Origin: an uncultured Lentisphaeria bacterium
GTDB lineage: Bacteria > Verrucomicrobiota > Lentisphaeria > Victivallales > UBA1829
Direction: 5' to 3'
Length of the DNA: 64,000 nucleotides
Assembly (NCBI GenBank): GCA_949287225.1
Contig: CASEFP010000033.1
Location: 9,689-73,688, forward strand
Below, piece after piece: positions 25,625-34,782 of the stretch. A program made the position numbers and the translations under genes. Positions within the stretch are counted from its first letter, which is position 1. The number at the start of each line of letters is the position of its first letter. A model generated the notes under the pieces. It was not told the DNA's origin, searched no databases, and saw only the letters and a program-made list of their open reading frames with translations.

Positions 25625-26866
25625 TCAGGCGTCCTCCTCGCGGAAGTCTGAAAAGCGCTTCATGACGCGGATGATCAGGAACATGATCACGATGAAAAAG
25701 ACCGGTCCTACGACGAAAAGATAACGGATGCCGAGGAATCTTGTCACGATTCCGCCGATCAGCGGAGCGACGAACCATCCGAAGGAACGTGCCGAGGCCG
25801 CCCATCCGAAGATGAGGCCGCGCGTCTGCGGGATCGTCTTGCGGCAGAGCCAGATCTGAAGCGCGGGATCCAGTCCGCTGCTGGCGAAAATCATCGCGAA
25901 CCTTGCCGCGAACAGAAAGAACATGCTGTGCACAAACGTCAGGCTGAACATGAACCCGGCGGTCAGAAGCGCGGAGAAAATCGCGATCATGCCCGGCGGA
26001 TGTCGATCCGCCAGATACCCCAGCAGAAAGCCGGAGAGAACTCCCGCGATTCCGCAGAAGGCCTGCAATGCGCCGGTCCACGCGGACGCTCCGTCGATGC
26101 CGCCGTTGATGTCCTGCACGAAAAGCGGAATGAACGAGGAGTCGAACTGCCGCGCGAACATCACTCCCCCCATCAGGAACAGAATCGGAAGCGCCAGCGC
26201 CAGATGCCGTCGCTTGGGCGTGATTGAACTGAAAAAACTCCGGTGAATGTTCTGCAGCGGCGCAAAATATTCATGCACGCCGAACAGCACCAGAAGAAAC
26301 GGGATCAGCATCAGAAATCCGGAGATGAGGAAAGCCGTACGATAGCCGAAATATTCCGCCGCGAACCCGCCGATGAAGGCGCCGGTCAATGCCCCGGAAA
26401 AGACCGCGCTGTTCAGGGATCCGAGCGCAAAACCGCTGTGTTCCTCTGGGGTATGGGTCGCAATCAGCGTCTGCGCGGCGGAGACGGATCCGCAGAGCGC
26501 GCCCTGCACCAGACGCAGTAGAATTAGATAGATCGGCGCGTGAACCACTCCCATCAGTCCGAGCACGATTACGCCGCCGAGATAGGAGCGCAGCAGCATT
26601 TTCCGTCTGCCGTATTTATCCGCGAGCGCCCCCCAGACGGGAGCGAAAAGCATCATCGTCAGCGGAGTCCCCGCGCCGAAGAGCGCCACCCAGAAGTCGA
26701 TATTGGCGCGCGTCACTCCCATCTCCTGCATGTAGAACGGCGCAAAGGGCAGTCCGAACGCGAAACCGATCTGGGAAAAAAACTGTGCAATCCAGATCAT
26801 GGCGAGATTTTTCTTCCATGTTCTGGCGAAATCCGGTTTTTCCGGAAAAGCGTTGTCCGAATCCAT
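25625..26866 (-). CDS. MFS transporter
   Basis: 413 aa with about 12 TM helices. MFS motif A 'GALADKYGRRKMLL'. Confidence 0.85.
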   Translation of the reverse strand: MDSDNAFPEKPDFARTWKKNLAMIWIAQFFSQIGFAFGLPFAPFYMQEMGVTRANIDFWVALFGAGTPLTMMLFAPVWGALADKYGRRKMLLRSYLGGVIVLGLMGVVHAPIYLILLRLVQGALCGSVSAAQTLIATHTPEEHSGFALGSLNSAVFSGALTGAFIGGFAAEYFGYRTAFLISGFLMLIPFLLVLFGVHEYFAPLQNIHRSFFSSITPKRRHLALALPILFLMGGVMFARQFDSSFIPLFVQDINGGIDGASAWTGALQAFCGIAGVLSGFLLGYLADRHPPGMIAIFSALLTAGFMFSLTFVHSMFFLFAARFAMIFASSGLDPALQIWLCRKTIPQTRGLIFGWAASARSFGWFVAPLIGGIVTRFLGIRYLFVVGPVFFIVIMFLIIRVMKRFSDFREEDA

Positions 26867-27042
26867 CTTTCAAAGAGTCCTTGCCTTGGTATTGCTGAAA
26901 CGGTGACTCTACATCCCGTCCGTGGATTTTGCAAATCAAAACAGAAAAATAGTTTAATTTTTGAATTGTTCCAAAAACGTCATGTCAGAATTGCGTCAGG
27001 AAACTGTCATGTTTTTTTCAGTGCGGAAAACCAAAAAAGATT

Positions 27043-27071
27043 TTGCCGGAAGAACACTTGTGTGTTATATT
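27043..27071 (+). promoter_or_regulatory. Candidate sigma-70-type promoter
   Basis: TTGCCG (27043-27048), 17-nt spacer, TATATT (27066-27071), about 30 nt upstream of the ATG at 27103. Confidence 0.3.
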
Positions 27072-27102
27072 ACCGCTTGTAAATGAAACATGAAAGGTTG
27101 AA

Positions 27103-27729
27103 TTGATGCAGACAAAACCATTTGCCACAGTTGTCGTCGGCGTTTTTGAGGTGAACTGCTATCTCGTTCCTTCTCCGGATGGAAAGACGCTTTACATCAT
27201 TGACCCCGGCGGAGACGCGCAGGAGATCATCACGGCTTCTTCGGCATTTTCCCCGGAAAAAACAGTGATTCTGCTGACGCACTGTCATGCGGATCACATC
27301 GGAGCCGCCGGTATGGTTGCGGAGGCACTCAAAATCTCCGAGCTCTACATTGATCCCGCGGATCAGGCGATGTACGCCAGTCCGGCAAACGCCTTTCCGC
27401 CGTATCTTCCCGCCGCGGAAAATCTGCCTGTACCCTCGAAGTGGCCGCCGCGGACAAGTGATTTTGAAATTCTTTCCACGCCTGGGCACACTCCGGGCGG
27501 GGTCTGTTACTATTTCCGTGAATACAACGCGCTCTTCACCGGCGACACGCTGTTCCGCGCCTCCATCGGGCGTACCGATCTGCCGGGCGGCGACACCGAT
27601 GTTCTTCTGGAATCCGTTTCCGGAACGCTGATGCAGCTTCCGGATTCTCTGGAAATCTATCCGGGGCACGGATTTCCGAGCACAATCGGCTGGGAGCGCC
27701 GGAACAATCCTTATATCTGCAAGTCCTGA
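27103..27729 (+). CDS. MBL-fold metallo-hydrolase (GloB/YcbL-like)
   Basis: 208 aa. Motifs: 'LLTHCHADHIGA' (H-x-H-x-D-H), 'TPGHTPGG', 'GDTLF' and 'YPGHG'. Confidence 0.85.
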   Translation: MMQTKPFATVVVGVFEVNCYLVPSPDGKTLYIIDPGGDAQEIITASSAFSPEKTVILLTHCHADHIGAAGMVAEALKISELYIDPADQAMYASPANAFPPYLPAAENLPVPSKWPPRTSDFEILSTPGHTPGGVCYYFREYNALFTGDTLFRASIGRTDLPGGDTDVLLESVSGTLMQLPDSLEIYPGHGFPSTIGWERRNNPYICKS

Positions 27730-27740
27730 GAGAAGCCTGT

Positions 27741-27759
27741 CTGCCGGATTGTCCGGCAG
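27741..27759. terminator. Hairpin between convergent genes (possible terminator, no U-run)
   Basis: CTGCCGGA / TCCGGCAG stem with a 3-nt loop. An alternative outer pairing GTCTGCC/GGCAGAC exists. No flanking T-run. Confidence 0.35.
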
Positions 27760-27768
27760 GAGGCAGAC

Positions 27769-28566
27769 TTACTGGATTGTCAGCTTGAGATCCTTCATTT
27801 CCGTCACGGCTTTGGAGTTGTTCCAGTTGAGCCTGATGCAGACGCGGGCCTTGACGGTGCCCGGCGCCCATTCCCGGAAGGAAAAGCCCTTGACCAGCTG
27901 TCCTTTGGCTGTTCCTGTCAGCTTTTTCCACTTTTCGGAGGTTGTCATATAACCTCCGGTGTACATTTCGCCCGCGCCTTTGCCGCCATGCTGGCGGATC
28001 TGGGTTCCTGCGGGGAGATCAAGTCCAACGGATTTGGACAGGGTCACTTCCCATTCATTCGAGGAAATCTTTTTGATTGCCTTGACGGGATTCTCCAGAA
28101 TATTGAAGTTTGGAAGATCCTTGAAATCCGTGGAGGTGTGGTGGACGATGACACAGGTGCTGAATTTTTTCCATTTTGCTGCGTTTTTGACCATAAGAAT
28201 CTTGTCCGATGCTTTGGCGGCCCGGAGAAGGACGGTGTCAGTCCAGGCGATGGTGTTGGTGTTCACAGTCTGGATGTCTTTTCCAGTCTTGTCAAACTGG
28301 CTGAAGCCGAAATAGAGTCTGGCGCCCTCGGCGCCCGCTGCTTTGAAGCTGCCTGTCAGCGTATAGGTTTTACCTGGCTGCACATCGAAAATCTCCTTGG
28401 AGACAAGAGTCACGCGTCCCTGTACCCGGATAACCCCGTTTTTTTCCGAAATATTGCGCTCGGAGACACCAGTCCAGGCATCTTTTGTATTGAAGGTGAT
28501 GTCTTCCGCAGACAGAAGCCCGGACAGCAGCAGGAATGCCGGGATAATAATACTCCGCAAAATCAT
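27769..28566 (-). CDS. Secreted jelly-roll (CBM-like) protein of unknown function, family copy B
   Basis: 265 aa from 'MILRSIIIPAFLLLSGLLSAEDI' (signal peptide), with GGAG about 10 nt upstream. Paralogue of 12729-13556 (blocks 'PGKTYTLTGSFKAA', 'LYFGF', 'DLPN', 'WEVTL', 'PAGTQIRQH', 'TEMKDLKL'). Confidence 0.8.
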   Translation of the reverse strand: MILRSIIIPAFLLLSGLLSAEDITFNTKDAWTGVSERNISEKNGVIRVQGRVTLVSKEIFDVQPGKTYTLTGSFKAAGAEGARLYFGFSQFDKTGKDIQTVNTNTIAWTDTVLLRAAKASDKILMVKNAAKWKKFSTCVIVHHTSTDFKDLPNFNILENPVKAIKKISSNEWEVTLSKSVGLDLPAGTQIRQHGGKGAGEMYTGGYMTTSEKWKKLTGTAKGQLVKGFSFREWAPGTVKARVCIRLNWNNSKAVTEMKDLKLTIQ

Positions 28567-28728
28567 AACGATACACTCCATTCTTAAAAATAATTGATAG
28601 AACAGGATTCTGAGGTGTTGTTTTATTTCAGAATCAAAACAAAAAACGTTATTGATTATACGCAAAAATTGCGAAACGTCAAGTAAAATCGCGTAAAAAA
28701 CAGGAAAATTGGCAATTTTCAGCCGGAT

Positions 28729-31005
28729 TTACCGCTTTTCCAGTCCCCCGAGTCCCAGTTTCGGAATGTTCCCGTAAACTTTGAAATAAAGAACGCGCGT
28801 CTGTTCCGAGGCAGGATCAAGCAGAAACGCCGCGCGGGCGTACCGCCCCGCCTGCGAACGTTTCCCGTCCAGAAGCGCACGCTCTCCGGCGAAGCACAGT
28901 TTCATTGACACCATGCGGTCTTCCGGTTTGATGACGCGGAAGACTGAATACACGCCTGAAACGGAAAAAAAGCGGCGCGGCGGTTCGATTTTATAGAACC
29001 ACGAGAGCTTGTTCGCATGATATTTCATCAGATTGACCGGCGAATCACCCCGGATGGTCTTGGCCGCCGCGATGTAGCGTTCCGAATAGATGTGCAGCGG
29101 TCCGAGATACCCTTCGTTGAAAATGAAAAAGTCCGCTTTCAGGTCGTTGCAGAATTTGGCGAGCTGGGTTTCGGTCCCGTGATAGATCAGGTTCAGGTAA
29201 AGCTGGGTCGGGCGGCGGATCCGTTCCAGCCCGAACTGCGGCTGGAGGGCGATTGCGCTTCCCGCATAGCATTTGAGCATCGGGCCGACCGTGAAGTCGG
29301 TGATTACGCATTTGCCCTCCACATGGGACTGGCGGAACCATTCGATCAGATGCGCGGTCTCCCGCAGATGCACATCGCTGGAGTAGCGGCGGCGCCCGGC
29401 GAGGGAGACGAGTGATTCCAGAAGGAACAGAAGTACCAGAAGCGTCCAGACCGCACCCCGGCAGGCGAGAAGAAGAGTCCGCTTTGCAAGCTGTTTCGAC
29501 CAGCAGGCGATCCCCCGCAGAATGTCGTCGCAGAGGAGCATCAGCGAGAGCGCAAGGAAAATAATCAGAAACTCGTGGTAGCGCACAATGTAGATGAATC
29601 CGATCAGGAATACGCCCGTGAAGGTGAAGAAAAAGAGCGCGCGCGGCGAATTTCTCCGGACGAATCCCCAGATCGGCGGCGGAAACGGCGCCAGAAGAAG
29701 CAGCACGAAAAACAGCGTGATCGAAAAGGGGAGAAAGGCGATTGCCGTATTGAGAATCTTGAGCGGCGTTTTCAAGCCGGGGACGACGCCGGGCGACGGG
29801 AAATAGGTCGTGAGAATGCGCCAGTTCGCCGAGTGCATCGCGGGTGTCCACATGATTCTTGCGTCATAGGTCAGAAGATCGGGGTCGCGCGGTTTGACGT
29901 TGTGGAATTTGAGCTTGGCCGCGGTCAGGTCGGAAAAATGGCTGTAATGAGAGACATAACGCGGCGTTTTGACACAGAAATTCCAGAAAAGAAAAAGCAG
30001 ACACGGCAGAAGCAGCGCGGGGAGCACCCTGCGCGGGAAACGCTGCTTCGGGTCTTTCACGGCAAGGAGGTTTGTCACGATCAGCGACGGCAGGAGAACC
30101 ACGATCAGCGGTGACATGATCAGGTCGTAGGTGCGGTTGAAGGGAATCAGGAGGGCGCTCAGCACGAGGGCGGCGGCAATGACGATCCAGGCGTTCCTGC
30201 GCGCGGGCGACACCCGTCCGCCGATCAGGCGGCGTGCCAGTTCATAGATTGCGACAGCGCTGAAGAATCCGAGGCTCAGGTCCCAGGAGGAAAAGAGCCC
30301 GAATGCAACGAGCCCCAGCAGGATAAGTTTCCATTTCTTCGGGCGGACGCAGGCGGCGCAGAGCAGAAGCAGAAACGCCGTGACCAGCGGCAGCGCGAAG
30401 TTGCCGCGGATGATGTCCTGGCCCGTGGAACGGGCAATCGCGGCGATTGCGACAGCGTGGAAGAGCCCCCCCGCGAATGCGAGGGAACGGCGGCAGCGCA
30501 GCGTCAGAAGCAGCAGGAAGAGAAATCCCGACGAGAGGCTGATCCAGGCGCGGAGCTGGAACGAGACCCACTGCGCCAGATAGACGTTGTCCTGAAACCG
30601 CTTTTCCTGCGCTGTCGGAACGGGATCCTTGAAAAGAATGGATTTGATCCGGTAGCCCCAACCGAGGAACCACTCCAGCGCCATGATCATCTGGCTGTAT
30701 GGGGGGATGTCCTCCAGTCCGTGCAGGTTCGGGTCGGAGGCGGGGACGCCTTTGCCTGCGGCGATGTCCTGTGTGTAGCCGAACATCATGGCGCTTTCGA
30801 TGGTGAACGGCATGAAATTCTTATGGGTGACGGGCAGAAACTTCCCGAAGAATCCCTGGGAAACGGGTTTTGCGTCGCGGATGATGGCGGCGACGGCTTC
30901 CGCCTCGCGGTTGTAGTTGTGCGTCCGCATGGCGAAGGCGGCGAGACAGCAGAGCAGGAAAAGAATCAGATTGAAAATGCGCGGATGCGTTTTCAGAAAC
31001 GTCAT
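28729..31005 (-). CDS. Polytopic membrane protein, GT-C-like (putative glycosyltransferase; function tentative)
   Basis: 758 aa with more than 12 hydrophobic helices across residues 1-520, then a roughly 230-aa soluble C-terminal domain. It starts 1 nt after the rpoN stop. Confidence 0.45.
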   Translation of the reverse strand: MTFLKTHPRIFNLILFLLCCLAAFAMRTHNYNREAEAVAAIIRDAKPVSQGFFGKFLPVTHKNFMPFTIESAMMFGYTQDIAAGKGVPASDPNLHGLEDIPPYSQMIMALEWFLGWGYRIKSILFKDPVPTAQEKRFQDNVYLAQWVSFQLRAWISLSSGFLFLLLLTLRCRRSLAFAGGLFHAVAIAAIARSTGQDIIRGNFALPLVTAFLLLLCAACVRPKKWKLILLGLVAFGLFSSWDLSLGFFSAVAIYELARRLIGGRVSPARRNAWIVIAAALVLSALLIPFNRTYDLIMSPLIVVLLPSLIVTNLLAVKDPKQRFPRRVLPALLLPCLLFLFWNFCVKTPRYVSHYSHFSDLTAAKLKFHNVKPRDPDLLTYDARIMWTPAMHSANWRILTTYFPSPGVVPGLKTPLKILNTAIAFLPFSITLFFVLLLLAPFPPPIWGFVRRNSPRALFFFTFTGVFLIGFIYIVRYHEFLIIFLALSLMLLCDDILRGIACWSKQLAKRTLLLACRGAVWTLLVLLFLLESLVSLAGRRRYSSDVHLRETAHLIEWFRQSHVEGKCVITDFTVGPMLKCYAGSAIALQPQFGLERIRRPTQLYLNLIYHGTETQLAKFCNDLKADFFIFNEGYLGPLHIYSERYIAAAKTIRGDSPVNLMKYHANKLSWFYKIEPPRRFFSVSGVYSVFRVIKPEDRMVSMKLCFAGERALLDGKRSQAGRYARAAFLLDPASEQTRVLYFKVYGNIPKLGLGGLEKR

Positions 31006-31006
31006 G

Positions 31007-32494
31007 TCAGTATGCCTTTCTCAGCTGGGACGAGGGGATGGAAAGTTCGTCCCTGTATTTTGCGATGGTCCTCCGTGCGACGTCGAAGCCGCGCGTCCTG
31101 AGCAGAGCGGCCAGTTTGCTGTCGGAGAGCGGTTTTGCCGGATTTTCTCCGGAAACCAGCTCCCGGATCATGTCCTTGATCGCGTGGGAGGAGACCTCCT
31201 CGCCCTCCTCGGACTGGAATCCGCCGGAAAAGAAGAACTTGAATTCATAGAGTCCGACGGGGGTCTGCATGTATTTGTTGGCGACGGCGCGGCTGACTGT
31301 GGTTTCATGGAGCCCGAGCTTGTCCGCCGCCTGGCGCATCGTCATGGGTTTGAGCGCCCGGGGGCCGTATGTCATGAAGTCATGCTGATTCGCGACGATC
31401 AGTTCGGCGATGCGCCGGATCGTGCTTTTCCGCTGGTCGATGTTGTGGATCAGAAGTCTTCCGTCCGCGATCTTCTCGCGGAGGTAGCTCTTGTCCTCCG
31501 GCGAGACGGAGGGATCTTCCAGCATTTTCATGTAGCGGTCTGAAATGGAGAGTCTTCCGCTGAACGGGTCGTTCTGGACAATGCGGAAGTCGTCGCCATC
31601 CTCTTCCACGATCACCTCGGGAATGACGTAGTGCGGTGTGGAGGGCGTAATCGCGTTGCCGGGGTGGGGATTGAGAGTCCGGAGTTTTGCGATCAGCTCG
31701 TTGAGGCGGTCCATGGAGACCCCGAGAGCCTTTGCGATCTGCGGCAGCCGGTTGTGCGCCAGATCGTCCAGATGGCCGCAAATGAGCCTGGCGAGATCGG
31801 GATCCGGCGTATCGGAGGCCTTGAGCTGGAGCAGCAGACACTCCTTTAAGTCGCGCGCCGCAATGCCCGGTGGCTCGAAAGTCTGCACGAGCGCAAGCGC
31901 CTGTTCCGCTGTTTCCCGCGGACAGTTGACCGCCTGTTCGATTTCCGCAAGCGGTGTTTTCAGGTATCCGGTTTCATCAAGACTTCCGATGATGTATTCC
32001 GCGGCGGCCGCGGTCTGTTCGGGAACGTCCGCGAACCGGAGCTGGTCGAGCAGATACTCCTGGAGCGAGGTTTCCGCCGCGATGGAGTTGAAGAGATAGC
32101 TGCGCCGTTCCTCCTCTTCGGAGGAGGCTTCCCCGCCGGGGAAAGCCTCCACGGGATTGTCGCGGGAAAAGGCGTCCCAGGTTTCGGGAGATTCGGCGAT
32201 TCTGTCGAGATGTTCGTCGAAATCCTCCCGGTTGGCGTCGAGCATGCCGGAAGTGTCCGCGCCGGGGCGCAGATCCGGGGTCTCCTGCGGGGAAAAGGCA
32301 TCGGAATCCGTTTCGTCTCCGGGAGGCTTCTCGTCCAGTTCCAGCACTGGATTTGCGGCGAGTTCCTGTTCGACCTTCTCCTCCAGTTCCGTCACGGGCG
32401 CCATGAGATACTCCAGCGAGAGAATCTGCTGGGGAGCGAGGGTCTGCTCCTGCCGCAGAACCGTATTCTGTGAAAAGCTGTTCGCCTGTTCCAT
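31007..32494 (-). CDS. rpoN: RNA polymerase sigma-54 factor
   Basis: 495 aa from 'MEQANSFSQNTVLRQEQTLAPQQILSLEYL' (region I). Acidic region II. C-terminal HTH and RpoN box 'ARRTIAKYRDEL'. Confidence 0.95.
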   Translation of the reverse strand: MEQANSFSQNTVLRQEQTLAPQQILSLEYLMAPVTELEEKVEQELAANPVLELDEKPPGDETDSDAFSPQETPDLRPGADTSGMLDANREDFDEHLDRIAESPETWDAFSRDNPVEAFPGGEASSEEEERRSYLFNSIAAETSLQEYLLDQLRFADVPEQTAAAAEYIIGSLDETGYLKTPLAEIEQAVNCPRETAEQALALVQTFEPPGIAARDLKECLLLQLKASDTPDPDLARLICGHLDDLAHNRLPQIAKALGVSMDRLNELIAKLRTLNPHPGNAITPSTPHYVIPEVIVEEDGDDFRIVQNDPFSGRLSISDRYMKMLEDPSVSPEDKSYLREKIADGRLLIHNIDQRKSTIRRIAELIVANQHDFMTYGPRALKPMTMRQAADKLGLHETTVSRAVANKYMQTPVGLYEFKFFFSGGFQSEEGEEVSSHAIKDMIRELVSGENPAKPLSDSKLAALLRTRGFDVARRTIAKYRDELSIPSSQLRKAY

Positions 32495-32616
32495 AGCACC
32501 GATAAAAATTTTGCAATAAAAATTAAAATTCCATTTTACAATACAGCGGAAAGAATTATAATAAAACCGCGAAAGGAAAAAAACAGAAAATTTTTTCCGG
32601 AAGGGAACTGACATAC

Positions 32617-33408
32617 GTGAATGGCAAGGGAAAATTCGGGATCACCGTGCTGGGGAGCGGCAGCAAAGGCAACGCCAGCGTGATCCATGGACCGGAGGGA
32701 CTCATCCTTCTTGACGCTGGATTTTCGGCAAGGGAACTGGAAACCCGTATGGCCGCGTGCGGAATCCGCCCCGCAGACATACGGGCGCTTATCGTGACAC
32801 ACGAACACTCCGACCATATGAAAGGGTGCCGCGTCTTTTCCAACAAATACGGCATCCGGACCTACATGACCTCGCTGACGTGCGGAGGCGGGCTGTCCGC
32901 GAATTTTCTTCCGGAGCGCAAGTCTCTCTTTTCCACGGGGTGCGCGTTTGAGCTCTGCGGGATGCGGATCGAGCCGTTCACTGTTCCGCACGATGTGGAC
33001 ACGGTCGGACTTGTATTCCGCGTCGGGGACGCGAAACTCGGTGTGGCAACGGATCTCGGACATCTGAATATGCTGGCGCGCCAGAAACTCCGGGACTGCA
33101 CCGTTCTCGTGCTGGAGTCCAATCACGACCGGACGCTTCTAATGAATTCCGCGCGACCGATCCAGCTCAAGCGCCGGATCATCGGACGGCACGGGCATCT
33201 GAGCAACGACGATGCGCTTCAGGCGCTCTCCGAACTTCTCACCGAACGCACGACAGGATTGATTCTTGCCCATCTGAGCGGAGAATGCAATAATCAGGAA
33301 CTTCTTCGGAAACTTGCGCTGGATCAACTGGCGAATCTCGAAAGACGGGATATATTACTGGAGATCGCAAGACAGGATGCGCCGCTTGCGACCCGCTGGC
33401 TGTTGTAG
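32617..33408 (+). CDS. MBL-fold metallo-hydrolase (YycJ/WalJ-like)
   Basis: 263 aa with a GTG start. Motifs: 'VLGSGSKGNASV', 'LLDAGFS', 'VTHEHSDHMKG' and 'GHLSN'. Confidence 0.8.
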   Translation: MNGKGKFGITVLGSGSKGNASVIHGPEGLILLDAGFSARELETRMAACGIRPADIRALIVTHEHSDHMKGCRVFSNKYGIRTYMTSLTCGGGLSANFLPERKSLFSTGCAFELCGMRIEPFTVPHDVDTVGLVFRVGDAKLGVATDLGHLNMLARQKLRDCTVLVLESNHDRTLLMNSARPIQLKRRIIGRHGHLSNDDALQALSELLTERTTGLILAHLSGECNNQELLRKLALDQLANLERRDILLEIARQDAPLATRWLL

Positions 33409-33444
33409 CGGGGAGAAGAGACTCATACAGCGGACGGAGTGATT

Positions 33445-34782
33445 ATGGCGGACGAAACGGATATCGGGATCAACAATTCGGACAATCAGACCGTATGTCT
33501 CGGCGCGCCGCTGGCGCCGGATTCCGAACGTCGTTCCATCAAGATTTTCTGCCATCACTGTCAGCAGAAACTCGATGTCACCAGTCTCGAGCCGTTTTCC
33601 CGTTTCGCCTGTCCGATGTGCGGAAGTGAACTGATCGTGCCGGCCTGGTTCGATAATTATCTTCTGGAGGAACCCGTCGGTGTCGGCGGCATGGCGACGG
33701 TTTACCGCGCGCTGGACATCGCACTGGACCGCGAGGTTGCCATCAAGATCCTCCGGGAGGACGTGCTTCCCGGCAGCGAGCTTTCCGAGCTCTTCCTGAA
33801 TGAGGCGCGGACGGCTGCGACGATCAACCATTACGCCGTCGTTCCCATCTACACCTGCGGCATTTACGATAACAAAACCTATATTGTCATGCAGTTCATG
33901 AACGGCGGTTCCCTGGAGCGGCGGCAGAAAATTTATCCGGATCTCCGTGTCCCGGTCAATGATGCGGTGAAATGGATCCACGACATTGCCGAAGGTTTGG
34001 AATACGCCAGCCGTCACGGGGTCATTCATCATGACGTGAAGCCGGCCAATATCATGCTGGACACCGACGATAATGTGAAGATCGGCGACTTCGGGCTTGC
34101 GCAGGTCGTGAAGGCCGAGGCGCTCGGGACACAGAAACCGGTGACCGCATGGGTCAGCCCGAACTATGTCAGTCCGGAACGGATCTCCGAGGGAACCGAA
34201 ACGTTTCCGGGAGATGTTTACAGTCTCGGCGCGACCTTCTACCATCTGGTGACCGGGATCACGCCGTTTTCCAATCCGAACATCGAGGAGCTGGTCTGGA
34301 TGCGCACGAGGCACAATCCGGTCGCCCCGAATCAGCTTCGTCCCGATCTCGCTCCGGAGCTTTCCATGCTGATCATGAAGATGATGAACCGTGCGCCAGA
34401 CATGCGTCCCTCCTACCGCGAAATCATCACCTCCCTTGAGGTTTACCTGAAACGTTCAACGCCGAACGCATCCAGTCTGCGGCGGTTTGCCAGCGGTGTC
34501 AGAAAGTCCGTTACGCCGCCGTCTCCCGGGGTTCTGAAAAACGGCGAACCCGCGCCCGTCCGGACCGAACAGGCCATGTCCGGAATTCCCGAGCCGCCTC
34601 CTCCCGCGCAGGGCAGTGCTTTTCAGCGTTTCCTCTATCATCCGCTGGTGATCATTACGGTCTCGCTGTTTCTGCTGCTGGTGATTCTTGTTGTCGCGTT
34701 TTTCCTGTTTGCCGGGGAAGCGGAATCCGGGAGTGCTGCGGTTTCTCCCGCGGATACCATACGGATTGAGGCGCTGTCATGA
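33445..34782 (+). CDS. Hanks-type Ser/Thr protein kinase with N-terminal zinc ribbon and C-terminal TM anchor
   Basis: Zinc ribbon 'CHHCQQKL...CPMCGSEL'. Kinase core: G-loop 'GVGGMATVY', 'VAIKIL', 'HHDVKPANIM', 'DFGLA', 'VSPERI'. A Pro-rich linker precedes the TM 'LVIITVSLFLLLVILVVAFFLFAG'. The ATG at 33445 follows GGAG; the track ORF starts at GTG 33439. Confidence 0.9.
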   Translation: MADETDIGINNSDNQTVCLGAPLAPDSERRSIKIFCHHCQQKLDVTSLEPFSRFACPMCGSELIVPAWFDNYLLEEPVGVGGMATVYRALDIALDREVAIKILREDVLPGSELSELFLNEARTAATINHYAVVPIYTCGIYDNKTYIVMQFMNGGSLERRQKIYPDLRVPVNDAVKWIHDIAEGLEYASRHGVIHHDVKPANIMLDTDDNVKIGDFGLAQVVKAEALGTQKPVTAWVSPNYVSPERISEGTETFPGDVYSLGATFYHLVTGITPFSNPNIEELVWMRTRHNPVAPNQLRPDLAPELSMLIMKMMNRAPDMRPSYREIITSLEVYLKRSTPNASSLRRFASGVRKSVTPPSPGVLKNGEPAPVRTEQAMSGIPEPPPPAQGSAFQRFLYHPLVIITVSLFLLLVILVVAFFLFAGEAESGSAAVSPADTIRIEALS

